From: Tubiluchus corallicola
Lineage: Eukaryota; Animalia; Priapulida
DNA: 64,000 nucleotides
Assembly: GCA_030141605.1 (NCBI GenBank)
Contig: JAQGDQ010000241.1
Span: 124,001-188,000, forward strand
Direction of reading: 5' to 3'
Shown: positions 34,901-61,783 of the stretch, piece by piece
Layout of the letters: each line of letters begins with the position of its first letter
Numbering within the stretch: position 1 is the stretch's first letter
The notes under the pieces: model-generated
Databases searched by the model: none
What the model saw: the letters and a program-made list of their open reading frames with translations, nothing else
What the model was told of the DNA's origin: nothing
Translations under genes and position numbers: made by a program

Positions 34901-37900
34901 ATCAGTCAAGATTATTTACACGATTAGTAGTAAAACAATCAACATGGGCCTAATTAATAAGTCAGTTACACCAATAGGAACCAAATATTTCTATAAAATA
35001 TATAGGCATTACAATTTCTTCCAAACTAACGTGCAACAATGTAATCTAGAATTTACTGCAGTTGTTCTGGTTTAAAAAAATTAAAATCATTACTTTCTGA
35101 ACATTACATGCAGTCTCTAGTCAAACAATTACCTGCTGTTTCCTGTCAAAGCCTTTTTCTTTACTGACCTCCTTGCAAAAATATTATGTCCATTTTCTAA
35201 CTGACATCTACTACAGTTCAATGTGCAACATATATGCCGTAAATTAAAGCCCATTGCTGATTTAATAGTAAAGAAAGCTAAATATGGGAGACACCATGAC
35301 TTTCGCACGGCAATATTCCACAAAATATCGTATCGATAAATTTCAAATTACAATTATCTAGACACCATGCCTGACTTCCATAGAAACTGTGACAATAAAT
35401 AAGTCATGAAAATTTGGTTTGGCTCTTTACAAAAACCAAAGTTACAGATGACGCAATTTGCACGATGCACAAAATCTACTCTTTTATCAGTAATGTTGGT
35501 AAAATATCAGTATCGTCGGAGAAGTCAAAAGACAAAGTGTGTCCAAGATGAATTACCGTATCACACCAGCTGAGACACATAAACTGTTCACCTAGCAACT
35601 GAACAGTTTCACATTATCATTTTGCCCTTTTCTGAATATTTTGAACGTAGGCTTTCTAAACAGGTCGTATTTTAAAGTGCTTCTTATTTTATAATAACTA
35701 ACTGATACATAGAAGATAAAAAAACCAAAGGCAGATTTACGTGAAATAGCGTTGTATGTATACTGTAAAGTGTTTCGTTTATTTTGTCTTTTTAACATAT
35801 GCAAACAGTACTTTGTTTGACCTGTATAAGCTTTCTGTATTTTCAAAAATAGTCAAGGATACACCACAAATGGACCTGTATAAGTTTTCTGTATTTCCAG
35901 AAATAGTCAAGGATACACAGATGGTTTTAATGTTGAGTTGATCAGCGCGATTTGCAAAGAAGCCAGAGTCACGTGCCATCTTGTTTATGATGACTACAAC
36001 AACTGCTGGAGCGGACGTCCGGGAAAACATCCACTTCCAGGGCAAGGTAAAAGTTATTCAAGGCAACCATATTTAACTATATAACTATAATTATAAGCAC
36101 GGATTAATCATTATAATCTTAATGTTCAGATGATTATTAACGATAGTGCAAAAACATAATTATTAATAAAATTTACACACAAAAATTCGAAACCTGGAAA
36201 CGTGAAAGATAGAATATAACTTAGATTTGAACCCTTCTGCTTGCAGGGTAGACGCATTTGTCACTAGGCCACCCTTATTCCCCACTGATTAAGGCAGTCC
36301 AAATGTTGTCACTTTTGTCAACATTTCCCCACTGATTAAGGCCAACCAAATTCAGTATTTCCAAATTTGCTCTTACTGGAGTTAGTCTGCTGGGATGGAC
36401 GTTTGACTACCTTCACCGCCGTGAAATACAATGACTTGGTGGTCTAAGGTGTCTGTCTTGTAGCCATATAGTCTCTGGTTCAAGTTAGGCTGCAATCGAA
36501 GTGTAGTATTTTGTGTCTATTAATGTCTAATGTCAAAATTTAATTAATTGTAGTTTGTACCACCACAGAAGCACTAATTAATGCGCTGTCATATTTCAAA
36601 GTTAGCAAATTTTAAAAGGAAAGAAAAGGCAACTTTAACGTACGTCTCAAAATACTTTCTACACAAAGTTATTTCACTTAACGTTACGCATATCATCTTG
36701 AAATACTTTTAACTAGAAAAACTCTTAGTAATTTAAAATGTTTGCACCAACTGATAAAATGTCTTTGACTGACCTTCCAAGTATGTAGGTGATACAAAAT
36801 TTGAAAGCGAATATTTTAAGCTGTATTCATGTTTTTGTGCTTTAAGAAATGGCTTTAATCATCTTAATTTCAGGTTTATTAGGAGGCTGGTATGACGCCT
36901 GTGTGGGATGGTCGCAACAAGCAACGCGTATGAACAGCGTGAAATTTTCCAATGCTTGGATAAAACCTGAGTCTACACGGTTTATTCTGAAAAGCGAGAG
37001 GAAAGATTCTATAGTTTCGGATCCTTGGTATGATCTCACAGATCAGAAAATAGGTAAACCAATTCATTTTTACTAATCGGTTTTCAAATGGATGAAAAAT
37101 ACTGTCGGAAAGCCAACTGCTATGGATCACTACTATTGACGATAGGCTAAAGGAATGCGATGAAGCTGTAAACAGGGGTGTCCGTGGGGACAGAAATTTC
37201 TGGAATAGCACCCATGTGAAAATCCTTACGTAGGAGTCAGAAACAAGTTGGACTAGTGTTGTAATGGAATAGGATCATATCATCATAGTTACTTATACCT
37301 CTAAGTATTGCTCAAATCATATTGCCAAGTTGTTTAATTAGTTGTAATCTGGTTGTTTGTTAAAACGCTCGCCCAAACAGTCGGAAATTCAAGCCCAACA
37401 TTTTCCACAAATTCGACTCACTTTTTAAAATGCTCGATTTCTGTTTATGTGAAAACTTGAGGCATAAGAATAGATTATTACATGAAACTATAAATCGCTA
37501 TCCCCAAAATGTTTTTAGTGACCGCAATAGGTTTATTAGACTTAAAATTTAACTGCGTATAAAATTTGTGTTTTACAAAACGCCCAAAATGAACAAATTT
37601 ATTAGTGTTTTGCTTCATTCGTCCATTTTATTTAAATGTTTTGTATCGATATTTACATGAAAAGTTGTTGTATAGGTTTCTTGGATGGCTGGGTTTCAGA
37701 CGAACATTGTGTGGCAAGGCAACCATATATACACGGCAACGAGTTGGCCAGTAACCAAATTTTCCATTACAAGACCCAGGCTGATGCGTTTGCAGCATTA
37801 AAAAATGGAACGGTAACAGAGTAATGAATACGTGGCTATGATTAACATTTGGCCTACAAATTGGCCTACGGGATTTTTTACGATTTTCTACATTTATACT

Positions 37901-39952
37901 AACATCTGTCATTTTTATAAGTAATTCGGAAACCTTAAATCAAGCCAGAATCCGCATTTCAACGGCGTCCTACTCAAGTTGAAATATCGTTACAAGACCG
38001 GAACCTTCCTCTAAAATGAGTTACTGTACAGAAGTATCTTAGCATCTTCTTTGTAAAACAAACCCAATAGAACCGAATTGTCTCTTGTGAATCCAAAGTT
38101 ATGCCACGAGTTACGTCTCTATAACAGTTTATTGGTAATTAGTGTACATGGTTCATATTTCCTGAGAAATTTAGACAGCCAGAGTTAAGATAGGTTAAAA
38201 ACGTATTCGAGTTAGTTAAAAAACAATGTTTAATTCCCTTTAAAATAATATTTCCTTCTGAACAACTAATCAGCATCAAAGGCTATTTCTGCAAAATCTA
38301 CACCCAGTTTTCTCAGGGCACCGTTTAAATGGCCATTTGAAATAGTCGAGGAAATACTACTAAGGAAAATACTTCTTTTATTACATAAAATATGGCATAT
38401 GTACGGTACAAAGCTAACCAGATTATAGCCCTTGGTAAAACCCCATTTTCACGTTGAACCCGACCTGCTTATTCGTTACGGTGCGTTCAGATTTAGCGAG
38501 TTTTTTTCTGACAGCAAAGTTGCAAGTGTGAACTGCTTTGCGAGTTACTGTATAGCGAGAACACCTTGGTGAATTACTCTCGACGCAGCGAATTGAGAAG
38601 TAACAGTAAGCGTAAGCTCGCGCTTAATGTCGACGAGTAATTATGCTCTCCGATCTGAACATGCCTACGAATTGCTTGGCAAGTTTACTGGGCGAAAAGA
38701 TTTGCGAGTCGCGAACGCGTCGTTATAGTTGCACTCGAGAGCAATGTGAAATCACACAGTGCAGTTGCACTGGTCTTAATAATAATTGGACTTGGCAGCT
38801 CAGGTTGCCTTTTCATATGAAAATAAGCTATAAATTGAAGCCGTTTTACTTGGTATGACAGATTGCATGGCTTAGGTGAAAAAAGTGTGAGTTTGACTTA
38901 GAAAGAGAACAGAACGAGTATCGAATTTAGCAGTCACTCGGCAATTTAAGTTAAGGCTTGGTATTGGTTAAGTGAAAAGCACACGCCGTAAGTACTCAGC
39001 TATTCTGCTAAATGTCTTTAATGTTATCTTTGACGTCCGTACAGAAAATTCTGTAAACCGGTAGTTAATAGATAACCTAAATAGATAGTTTTAGGCCTAT
39101 AATTTGAGCAGCATTATTGGGACACGCTATGAAACCATGTCCCAGGCGAAAACAATTGACCTAGGACCTGGTTTAATATCTGATCTGAATGTTACATCTG
39201 TCCGAAAGAAAGTGGTTGTCAGCTCATGAAAATGCAAGTTAGAAATTATATCTAAAGTCGTATATACGATGATTTAAATGTACTTTCAGATTAATGCACT
39301 GTTTCATAATGCCAATGCTGCTCTCGAGGAAGGGTTAGAATATGCACCGATTTTGTCCGAAATGGACTTGGAACCCTGCATGGAAGATGGATTAAGCATG
39401 ATGTTAAAAAAAGACAGCAATTTAGCGTCGTGGTTTAATCCCGCTCTCGCCTCAATAAGAGAAAAGGGAATTTATCAAAGAATATGCAAGGAAGCACCAA
39501 TGAAACATGGTATCAAATTACTTATATCGATGAAATAATACGTTTTGATGGTGGTTCTTAATTTGAACAGGAGGCACGCGACTAAATGTGCAAACCCCCC
39601 TTTTATACATGATGTAAACCATAGTAATTATACTCTATGCTGAAACAAAAACTGTGCAGAGATGCTCCGCTCAAGCATGGTACAAATTAATATTATTAAA
39701 AGAATAGAATTGTTGATAGTGTAACTTGTTTTGAATAAATATATATATATATATATATATATGTATATTCACGTGCAGCGCCTGAATAAAAGTACAAACG
39801 TGCAAACGATTATGATCATAATAACATTTTTATTTATTACCTCTTTGAATAAATAAATTAGAAAACTAATTATCAGAAAAAATTTTAAAACAAAGCACTG
39901 TAATTTTTAGCCTTATAACTCAATGTTGATTTCAACACTGCTCCCTTCACTC

Positions 39953-39983
<31 letters not shown>

Positions 39984-40381
39984 CTCTCCCTCTCAGACTC
40001 TCTCTCCCTCTCCCCTGCTTTCACAATAATTTTAGCTAATTATTTTAACTTAACCACATTTCTCAGTTACAATCTTTGCGTTTAAGTTTCATACAGTAAT
40101 CCAACCAGTTTTGTTTAGTCTCTCCCTGGCGTTATGACTATCTCTATTTTCGCCTCTGCCTGTGCATCACAACCTTTATTCAACAGTCGAAAGCATCACA
40201 GCTGATATTGCCAAAAGGCCGACCATCACTTAGGTGTTGACAATTTCCTTGACACTGAAATAACTAATTATTTTCATTATATAGCTTTCATAAACAATTA
40301 ATAGTAACCTTACTACCGTGATTTTTATCTTTTTTTTCAGCTGGAAATGAAATATTAAAAATTAGCTGCTTTCGCGACTAA
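31944..40381 (+). CDS. Membrane-anchored family-3 solute-binding-protein homologue, paralogue 3, 341 aa
   Basis: Exons 31944-32036, 33469-33577, 34448-34547, 35901-36046, 36874-37053, 37676-37812, 39290-39509, 40341-40381; same exon phases; open frame of 1026 nt. MTQPDQLAITEPAHG..TM..KIWTFAIGHDASPYEYQ..ICKEARVTC..GWSQQATRMNSVKFS..INALFHN..KISCFRD*. Confidence 0.87.
32746..33123. mobile_element. hAT-like MITE
   Basis: Ends cagagatgcg / ccgcttacctctg; subterminal ggatccgca / tgcggatc; partial 8-bp flanks ccaatggc / ctgctggc. Confidence 0.45.
34625..35640 (-). mobile_element. 5'-truncated LINE fragment related to the 19290-21130 element, in intron 3 of paralogue 3
   Basis: Minus strand WCDTVIHLGHTLSFDFSDDTDIL, FYGSQAWCLDN, LWNIAVRKSWCLPY; (ATTAA)n tail near 34625-34645. 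Confidence 0.7.
36140..36570. mobile_element. Inverted pair of tRNA-derived SINE-like remnants
   Basis: Minus strand 36225-36275 has A-box-like ggtggcctagtg and B-box-like ggttcaaat. Plus strand 36436-36490 has ggtggtcta...ggttcaagt, followed by tgtcaaaatttaattaattgt as at 48311. Confidence 0.4.
38480..38665. mobile_element. PIF/Harbinger-like MITE
   Basis: TIRs ggtgcgttcagat / atctgaacatgcc flanked by a 3-bp TAC duplication. Confidence 0.55.
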
Positions 40382-43300
40382 AAGGTTCCAGCCAGAAGAG
40401 GACTTACAATTAAAAGCCGTTGACGAATCGTCGTCACGACTGGACTCGACTCGCATCACTTCTGCTAAAATATAATAACATTCTTGACTACTAGTGTGCT
40501 TTAGAATCAATGTTACCTATAGTAAACATTGGAGTGATGCAAGTTTCGATCCTCGAATTTCATATTTTCTTAATCTATATTAGTGATTTATGCAACTTAA
40601 ATAGCCCATTACATTAACTCAATTTGCACACGATACAGCGATTTTCTTTAACTTAGTAACTTTTCGATCGGCGTAATAAATAGACAATTTTTATTTGGTT
40701 GTAAATGGTTTAAAGCTAATAAATTCCCCCTGAATCATGCAAAAGCTAAATGTATTATATTGAAATCTTGCTAGAAATTAAACTATCACCACGGAATACT
40801 ATAATATTTATATTCACAGCACAACTGTAGAAATAGTTAGTCAAATCAAATTTTTTGGTATTATTGAGTACTGCGTAGAATTTTGAAACGCTTTCTGACC
40901 TCGTTGTTATTATGATTCCCAAACTGCTCTTCCCTTATTCTTAAACGTTCTTTTGTCCAGTACTCTTATTCTAGTTTGCCCTGCTTTATATTAAACTGCC
41001 TATACCCTACGTTCTGTTGTTTTTTAATCATTCAGACGTGCTTACAGAGGCACGTATCTGACAAATTTTCCCTCTGGTTCTTGCCAGTAATCCTGTAGAT
41101 ATATTGTGCATGCTGTCATATCACAGTCACTAATAACACTACATTTTCCTTGTCATAGTGTTTCCATAAAATTGTATTTATTGCATTTGCAAATAAAATT
41201 ACTTATAATTGTAGGATAAAATCCCGTTTATTATTGTGGGTTAGTGATCAAATTGCTGTCCTTTTGTTATGTTAAGAATTTGAAACTCCAAGATGTAACA
41301 GTCTTTATATAGCTTGGTTTATACATATAATTATGCTCCATCTGGCCTCAATCAAATATACAAGGCGATTTATTAAAGATTAATACACATATAACATATA
41401 ATTATTATATACACACCAGTTTTATTGCTTTTTTATATAACAGGTTCACAGCATCTCACATGCTCTACCTGTAAATTTTGATTTGATTTTATTAATTTTA
41501 GCTAACACGTGAGGAAGACATTCATTTACGTTAAGCTATTGTATTTAAAATGAGCTGTATATAGCAGTGGAATTTCACTGTTCAAGCTTTTGAAAAACCC
41601 CTAGGTTTCGAAAATTTTGTTCGGCTACCACTTTTCCATTGCCAGTCTGCCAGATACACTACTGATCATAATTACATTTTTTATTAAATTTAGGATCCCT
41701 ATTAGACATTCAATTTATATTATTGTTGTTCACGACGTTACGAATTCGAATAAGATCTAATTTCTACATGGATACATTACAAATAGTTAGCTATAGCTGT
41801 TAGTTCCATATGGTCTATTGTTGTTGGTAGCCATCAAAATTTGCGTTAAATAATATTGTGTACATTGAATAAAAATATTTGTACAGTGCTTTAGTATTAA
41901 ACGTTCAATAATTTCGAAAGATTGCACTGCAGTGCAATGATATGTCAAAAAATCTAAATTATCAATAATTATTGTTGCAGACGAAATTTACGTAAGGAAT
42001 TTTGTATAGTGTTCCACCAGAAGCAGTGCAAATTAAGCTTCCAAACTGCCATGAAGAAAACAAATTAGTTTGCTTCTAGTGCCAGCTTTTATTGGAGATT
42101 TTATCGGTAGTTACAAGATTAGCAGCAAAATAGAAGAGATAAGAAGCTTATATGGCATGGCGAATAGCTAACATTGTGCTTTTTTCTTCTAAAGATGCGC
42201 CTTTTTTCATATTGGACTAACGTACTATAAATTAAGTGCACACTACACCATTTACAGGGATAACAGTCTACAATGTACAATTTTAGCTGTTAGAGGCAGT
42301 CATTATTAAGTCCATATTACGTGCTCGAGGTGGCGGTGACTTCATCAGAAGTACCATAAAAAGTCACTTTAAACTTGTTATTTTTAACAAACTGCTTAAC
42401 TTATTTGTTCAGTTTAGAGTTTTGTGGTGTTTCTAAATTATGCTTTCTGTGTGTGTATAAAGAACAATAAGGCCTGGCATATTTAAACGCTTGAATACCT
42501 AACTACATTTTGTTTTAGAGCCTGTCTTAAGTCATTAATGCAAAACAAAATTTAATTTATACTGATGCTACATCGGAAAAAGACTTCAGATTTTTTTATT
42601 TTTTCCCATAATAACAACGTCAAATAGCAAAAATGATATAAACAACTAATAGAAAGGAAATAGGGTGGCGAAAAGCTAAAGTTATCGAGTCAACCATCCT
42701 TTTCAAAATGTACAATATGCGGCAAACAAAGAGAAGTTCATAGGTTAGAGTTAGCTATAATAAATTAAACAAAATTCATGCAGCAGACTTATAGCAGTAT
42801 GAGTAATGGTAAATATAAAATATACAAAATCGCAATAAACAAAAATGGAAATACAACCTACATGAAAGATAATAATAATTCTTGCACTCCCAAATAACAA
42901 AGAATAATAATAAAAAAATCATAAGACAAAAGTCGGGAAAAACAATAATAAGCAAAATAATGAATATAATCATGCAGTTAAAATTATAACAAATATAAAA
43001 ATGTATATGTATGCAGATGCATATTATTATGCATTCAGTAAATGTTCCAGTCATGCCTTACAGTAGCATTTTAGTTCTATCATGTTTTGAATTGCCTAAC
43101 CTCATCCACTCAAAATCGTTCTAAAACAAGTGGCCTAAAATTCATGGCAACAACAGCAGTATATTTAAACGATTACTACTGATGACAAAAACAGACTAAA
43201 TAATATTATTATTTAAATTATTGATTAAATTATATTAATTTTATGTGAAATGTATATGTGTTTTATGTGAAGTGTATGCTATTTCCATGAAAACTTATTG

Positions 43301-43697
43301 TCGATAAGGATACCTCGTTACTTGATTTGGTCAGTTTGCTCACGATTATTATTGCACATTTTGATTTGAAAGCTGATTCGGTCTTGTTTGGAATACTGAG
43401 CAGTCATTATCATAAATTTAGTTTTATTGTAGTTAACTGATAATTGATTAGCTTTCATCCAGGTGTCTGTTTTTTTGTATTTTTATGTTTGCTGATTGTT
43501 CCAGATTCTTTATACTTTTGTCTACCAGAATTTGTATCATTAGCAAACATTCTTGTCCTGAAATTGGATGCTAGTCGTAAATCGTTAACGTATTAACGAA
43601 GAACGTAACAGGCCTACTTGCTCAGCTCTATTTTTTATTGCAGAACTTGAAACTTTTTTTATAACTTGAAGTGACCACAAAATGGATCAATTACCAA

Positions 43698-43963
43698 CAC
43701 GGCCTATTTCAGCCTAAGCGAGGCCCGGGGGAAGTGGGGTGTGTGAGTGAGGCCTCCTCGGGGGGGGGGGGCGCCCCCATGGTTGGCGCCCAGAAAATTT
43801 TTGAACTGCTAGAATGCCGGAGAAGCATTTTTGAAGAAAAAATATGGAGTTATACAGTATGTTCGCATAAAGCAAAAAAATAATGTTGCCTCGGCGCGAG
43901 GCCCCCTGGAGGGTGAGGCCCTGGGGAAGTATCCCCACTCCCCCCCCCTTGAAATAGGCCCTG
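43698..43963. mobile_element. hAT-type MITE, young insertion
   Basis: TIRs cacggcctatttca / tgaaataggccctg; perfect 8-bp target-site duplication ATTACCAA (43690-43697 and 43964-43971); GC-rich interior. Confidence 0.85.
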
Positions 43964-44079
43964 ATTACCAAGTCATTATCGGTCCCAATACTGTGATTCT
44001 GTTAAGGTTGTAAAAATAAAAAAACGCCCAAGAATAAAAATTATAAAAATAACAACCAATTTGTAAATGAATCCATTGT

Positions 44080-44315
44080 CTAGATTAGATTAGATTAGAT
44101 TTTAGATTTATTATGTACAATGCCAATGTGTGCATGTATATACAGAAAAATATGTGGCATTCAAGGTTTATAAATCATCAGCAGATGAAAACACATCAAG
44201 TCAACACTATAAGAAAACTTGTGCAGTGTTGACTTAATAAATGGCATGAATGAACACAAAAAAAACACAATTTAAAGGAAGAAGAAATGGTGATGAAAAC
44301 ACAGAAATGAGAAAA
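44080..44315 (-). mobile_element. 3' end of a non-LTR retroelement with (TCTAA)n tail, copy 2
   Basis: Homologous to 13836-14062. Confidence 0.7.
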
Positions 44316-44782
44316 ACCACGTCTACCACGTACACGGTACAGAATCTTAATTACATCTCCCAAGACCGTGCAAAACACAGAATTCAAAGTAAACCGATTG
44401 ATACTTGGCGGTGCGTCGCAGATATCCATTTAATAGACAGTATCTTGATGAACACGCGTTGCTGAGCTTGTTCTCCGGTCGATTTGTGGAAGTACTGTAA
44501 GTTTTTAACTATATTACACTATTTTCATGGAAACTCGTCACTCAATTTGAGTTTGAAAAATCTAGTATGGCTCTTTTACATGAAAACGGAATAGGTTGAA
44601 TCCGGCCAATAAACGATTAACTAATAACAAAAGCAGCGTTCATCCACGGCCAGCTAGGTCTTGCGGCGGCTAAGAACACTGCTGAGCTCTTACATTGTAT
44701 ACCGAGGGTGACTGATCAGGCGCGCAGTATGCAATAACACGGAATACTTTCACGTTACTAATTAGTTTGCTCGAGTTTTTTC

Positions 44783-44971
44783 TTAAAATACCTTTGCTTC
44801 ATGTTTTTTCATTTTGTGCGACTCTGTTAGTGTTACTACGTTTTTTTCAATACCGATTTCTCTCAGCTGGCCAGCTACTTCAGCAAACAGTTTCTGATTC
44901 CTTTGTCTTCTGCTAACTATGTTTAGGTTTTGCAAAAATGTCCAAAAAATGTTTACCTGTGTGTTTTCCAA
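44783..44971 (-). pseudogene. Degenerate Myb/SANT-like (trihelix) domain fragment, probably Harbinger-transposon derived
   Basis: RRQRNQKLFAEVAGQLREIGIEKNV..HKMKK resembles the RNxxVFxxIAxxLxExGxxRTxxQCxxKxKxL pattern; the QC motif is lost. Confidence 0.4.
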
Positions 44972-45746
44972 CTGCTGATTTGCTAGAGCATCAATGGTGA
45001 TTCATAGTGTTTGGCAGTTTTGCAGCATTTTAAGTAACGTAGAGCAAAATTTTTAGCACAAGTCGCCCTTATGAATATTTCAGTTGCATAACGCAAGACG
45101 ACACTTTATAACCTGTTTAACACCTGCCTGAATGGGGTAGGCCTGTTTGCCATGATTGTTATTAATTAGGTATTACTATTTTTGTACAATAGCGAACGAT
45201 AGTGGCTGTATAGAGATAGGTTTTCATATAAAAGCCATATAGGATGCACTAACTTGTAGTTTAGATTGCTGCCTACATTTACCTGTTTCCTTCCACATGA
45301 CGTCAATTTGACTAGTCGGGAGAAGGATGACAGAGTAAGGTACACTTCCTGCAAGCGCAGAAATTTGTGTTGATGGTCTTTAAAGCTCGGTTGTGTCTTC
45401 TTCGTATGGAAACACATTATAGAAACATGCATGAAGCATCTGAACTGCGAACTACCAAAAGTCTGGAAAATTTAAATTGTGTTTTCATTACTTTAATTTT
45501 GCTAAACTAGGTTATTTAACTGTTAAGCATTATAAATGTTATAAGATGAGTAGGCTTATAATGACCATAATTATTACTAACAGTGCCAACTGTGTGTGTG
45601 TTGGCTCAGCTAATTTATATAGCCCTAGGTTCTTCGTTATTCACCTCCTTTGCATTAATCATAATGCAGCTGTTGACTTTTACTGTATTATTCGTATAGA
45701 GTAAAATAAAATGATTTGATTTAGAAAGCTTGTCAGTTGAATAAGC

Positions 45747-59939
<14,193 letters not shown>

Positions 59940-61783
59940 GAGAGTTAACAACATCCAAGCTTCGTAACTACGCAGAATCGCATTGACATTTACTGATTAA
60001 GATACTGAACCGAAATGTGTTTAAATGTGCAATCTTATGTTTGTGGATCAAAAATAGTGTGGCAGATCAAAATCATTGTTTTAATTAAAATAAAAATTCC
60101 TGTTTTATATGCCAGCAGGTACTGTTAATTCCTAGTTGCTGATTACAATTGAAAGCTTTTTCAATTTCGAAAAACGTTAATTTGAAAATTGTTGTGAATG
60201 TTTCTGTAAATGATTTACAGTAATAATAAAATTAAATATTTCGTACAATCATTGTTACTTTTAAGTATAGTGTATTTGTCTTTGTCATGTGCAGGCAGAA
60301 ACTTCTGTAAATTAACTGACGAAATTACTTTTATTTTTCATGGTGTTACAAAAAAACCGTGGAATTACCCAAATGTCATAAGCATTTCAATATTATGTCA
60401 TACAGACCTCAACGAATGTGGTGATATTTAATGTGTAGTATAATTTTTTAATATATGACTTAACATTCAGTGGTATTTCTTTGAGATTTATTCAGACTAT
60501 TTCATCTTATCAGCATATGTCTACTATACCCTTTCTTTTGAAACACTTAACATAACAATTTGCATAGTAAATAATTGCAGGCTTCTGTTTTATAATTCTT
60601 TATTTAAATTATTATGTTTGGCAGACAACCTTTAAAACAAAATGCTCTATAGCATTTACAAATTAATACACAGATAACAAGCGCATACTTAAAATTTTCT
60701 TTATTATGAATATGCAGTGGAAGTGTTTAGTAATTCATTTACAAAAATGCACGTCAAAATTAAACCTAAAAAAGAAATTTAAAACTGATCAAATGAATAG
60801 GTATGTCCTTTGGTACACCTCTATTTTCAATGTTCTTTTTTTCGAATGTTTAAATATTGAACATCACTAGTAATTTTGGTCCCTTGGTATCCAAGCAATT
60901 AAATTCATACCATTAAACTGTGATAGTTCAGAAATACTATTGCACGTCGGAAAAATCTTTATCTATGGATCTAAACCAAAACTACTGTAAAAATACCATT
61001 TGTATGCAGAAATTGTTCACAGTTTATGTATTCTGTAAATAAGTAAATAAAGAACTAAATACACTACATTCGTATTTACAAAACTTGACACTACAACAAA
61101 CTTCAAAACACACATGAACTGAAACAGTATAAGAGCAATGTTCAAGTTTGGTCAAATGCTACCAAAAAGACTGCATCGTGTATTTAAATCCAACATGCTC
61201 CAAGTTCAATTCCTCTACACACTAAAAAAACATGATAATAAAAAACAAAATAAGATTAACAAAATTTTAACGTGCTCATATAAAGCCACGTGTACCTGAG
61301 ATGTAACTTGTGATGTCACAAATTCACTTGCACTCACTGAACAAAGAAAAACATTTTTATCTCAGCATTGTGCAAGAGATTTGTGACACATGCATCGATT
61401 TTCACAACTTACAAAATCATGCCCATGTTAAGATACTATTGTTCGTAACCAGAACTCCTTTACGGGTGAGTTCTGTTTTTCATAGCTCTAAGCTTTCAAC
61501 AGGCCATATTTGGATGACTAGAACGTTTGTTTTTGATATTATGCTTAAGTATTTTCACTGCAACATTGCAATCACTTATCTCAATAGATCTGATATAGAA
61601 AAATCAACTTGTAAAGCCGGCCGCTGATTGGCAATATTTTTACATTCTACAGGTAAGTATCTAGATAATTTACTGGCTTTAGGTACCAATTTTCTGCTAC
61701 TTTTCTTGGCCAAATTTGCAAACGGAATTCATTCAAGGAGATGACATTCGCACAAAAAGATAAGTATCAAACACATGAGCAAA

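Noticed and set aside
36225-36275. Possible tRNA gene
   Set aside because: Only A/B-box-like remnants; no complete cloverleaf; more consistent with a SINE head
42776-43054. 92-aa hydrophobic ORF
   Set aside because: AT-rich low-complexity translation with no recognisable motif or splice context
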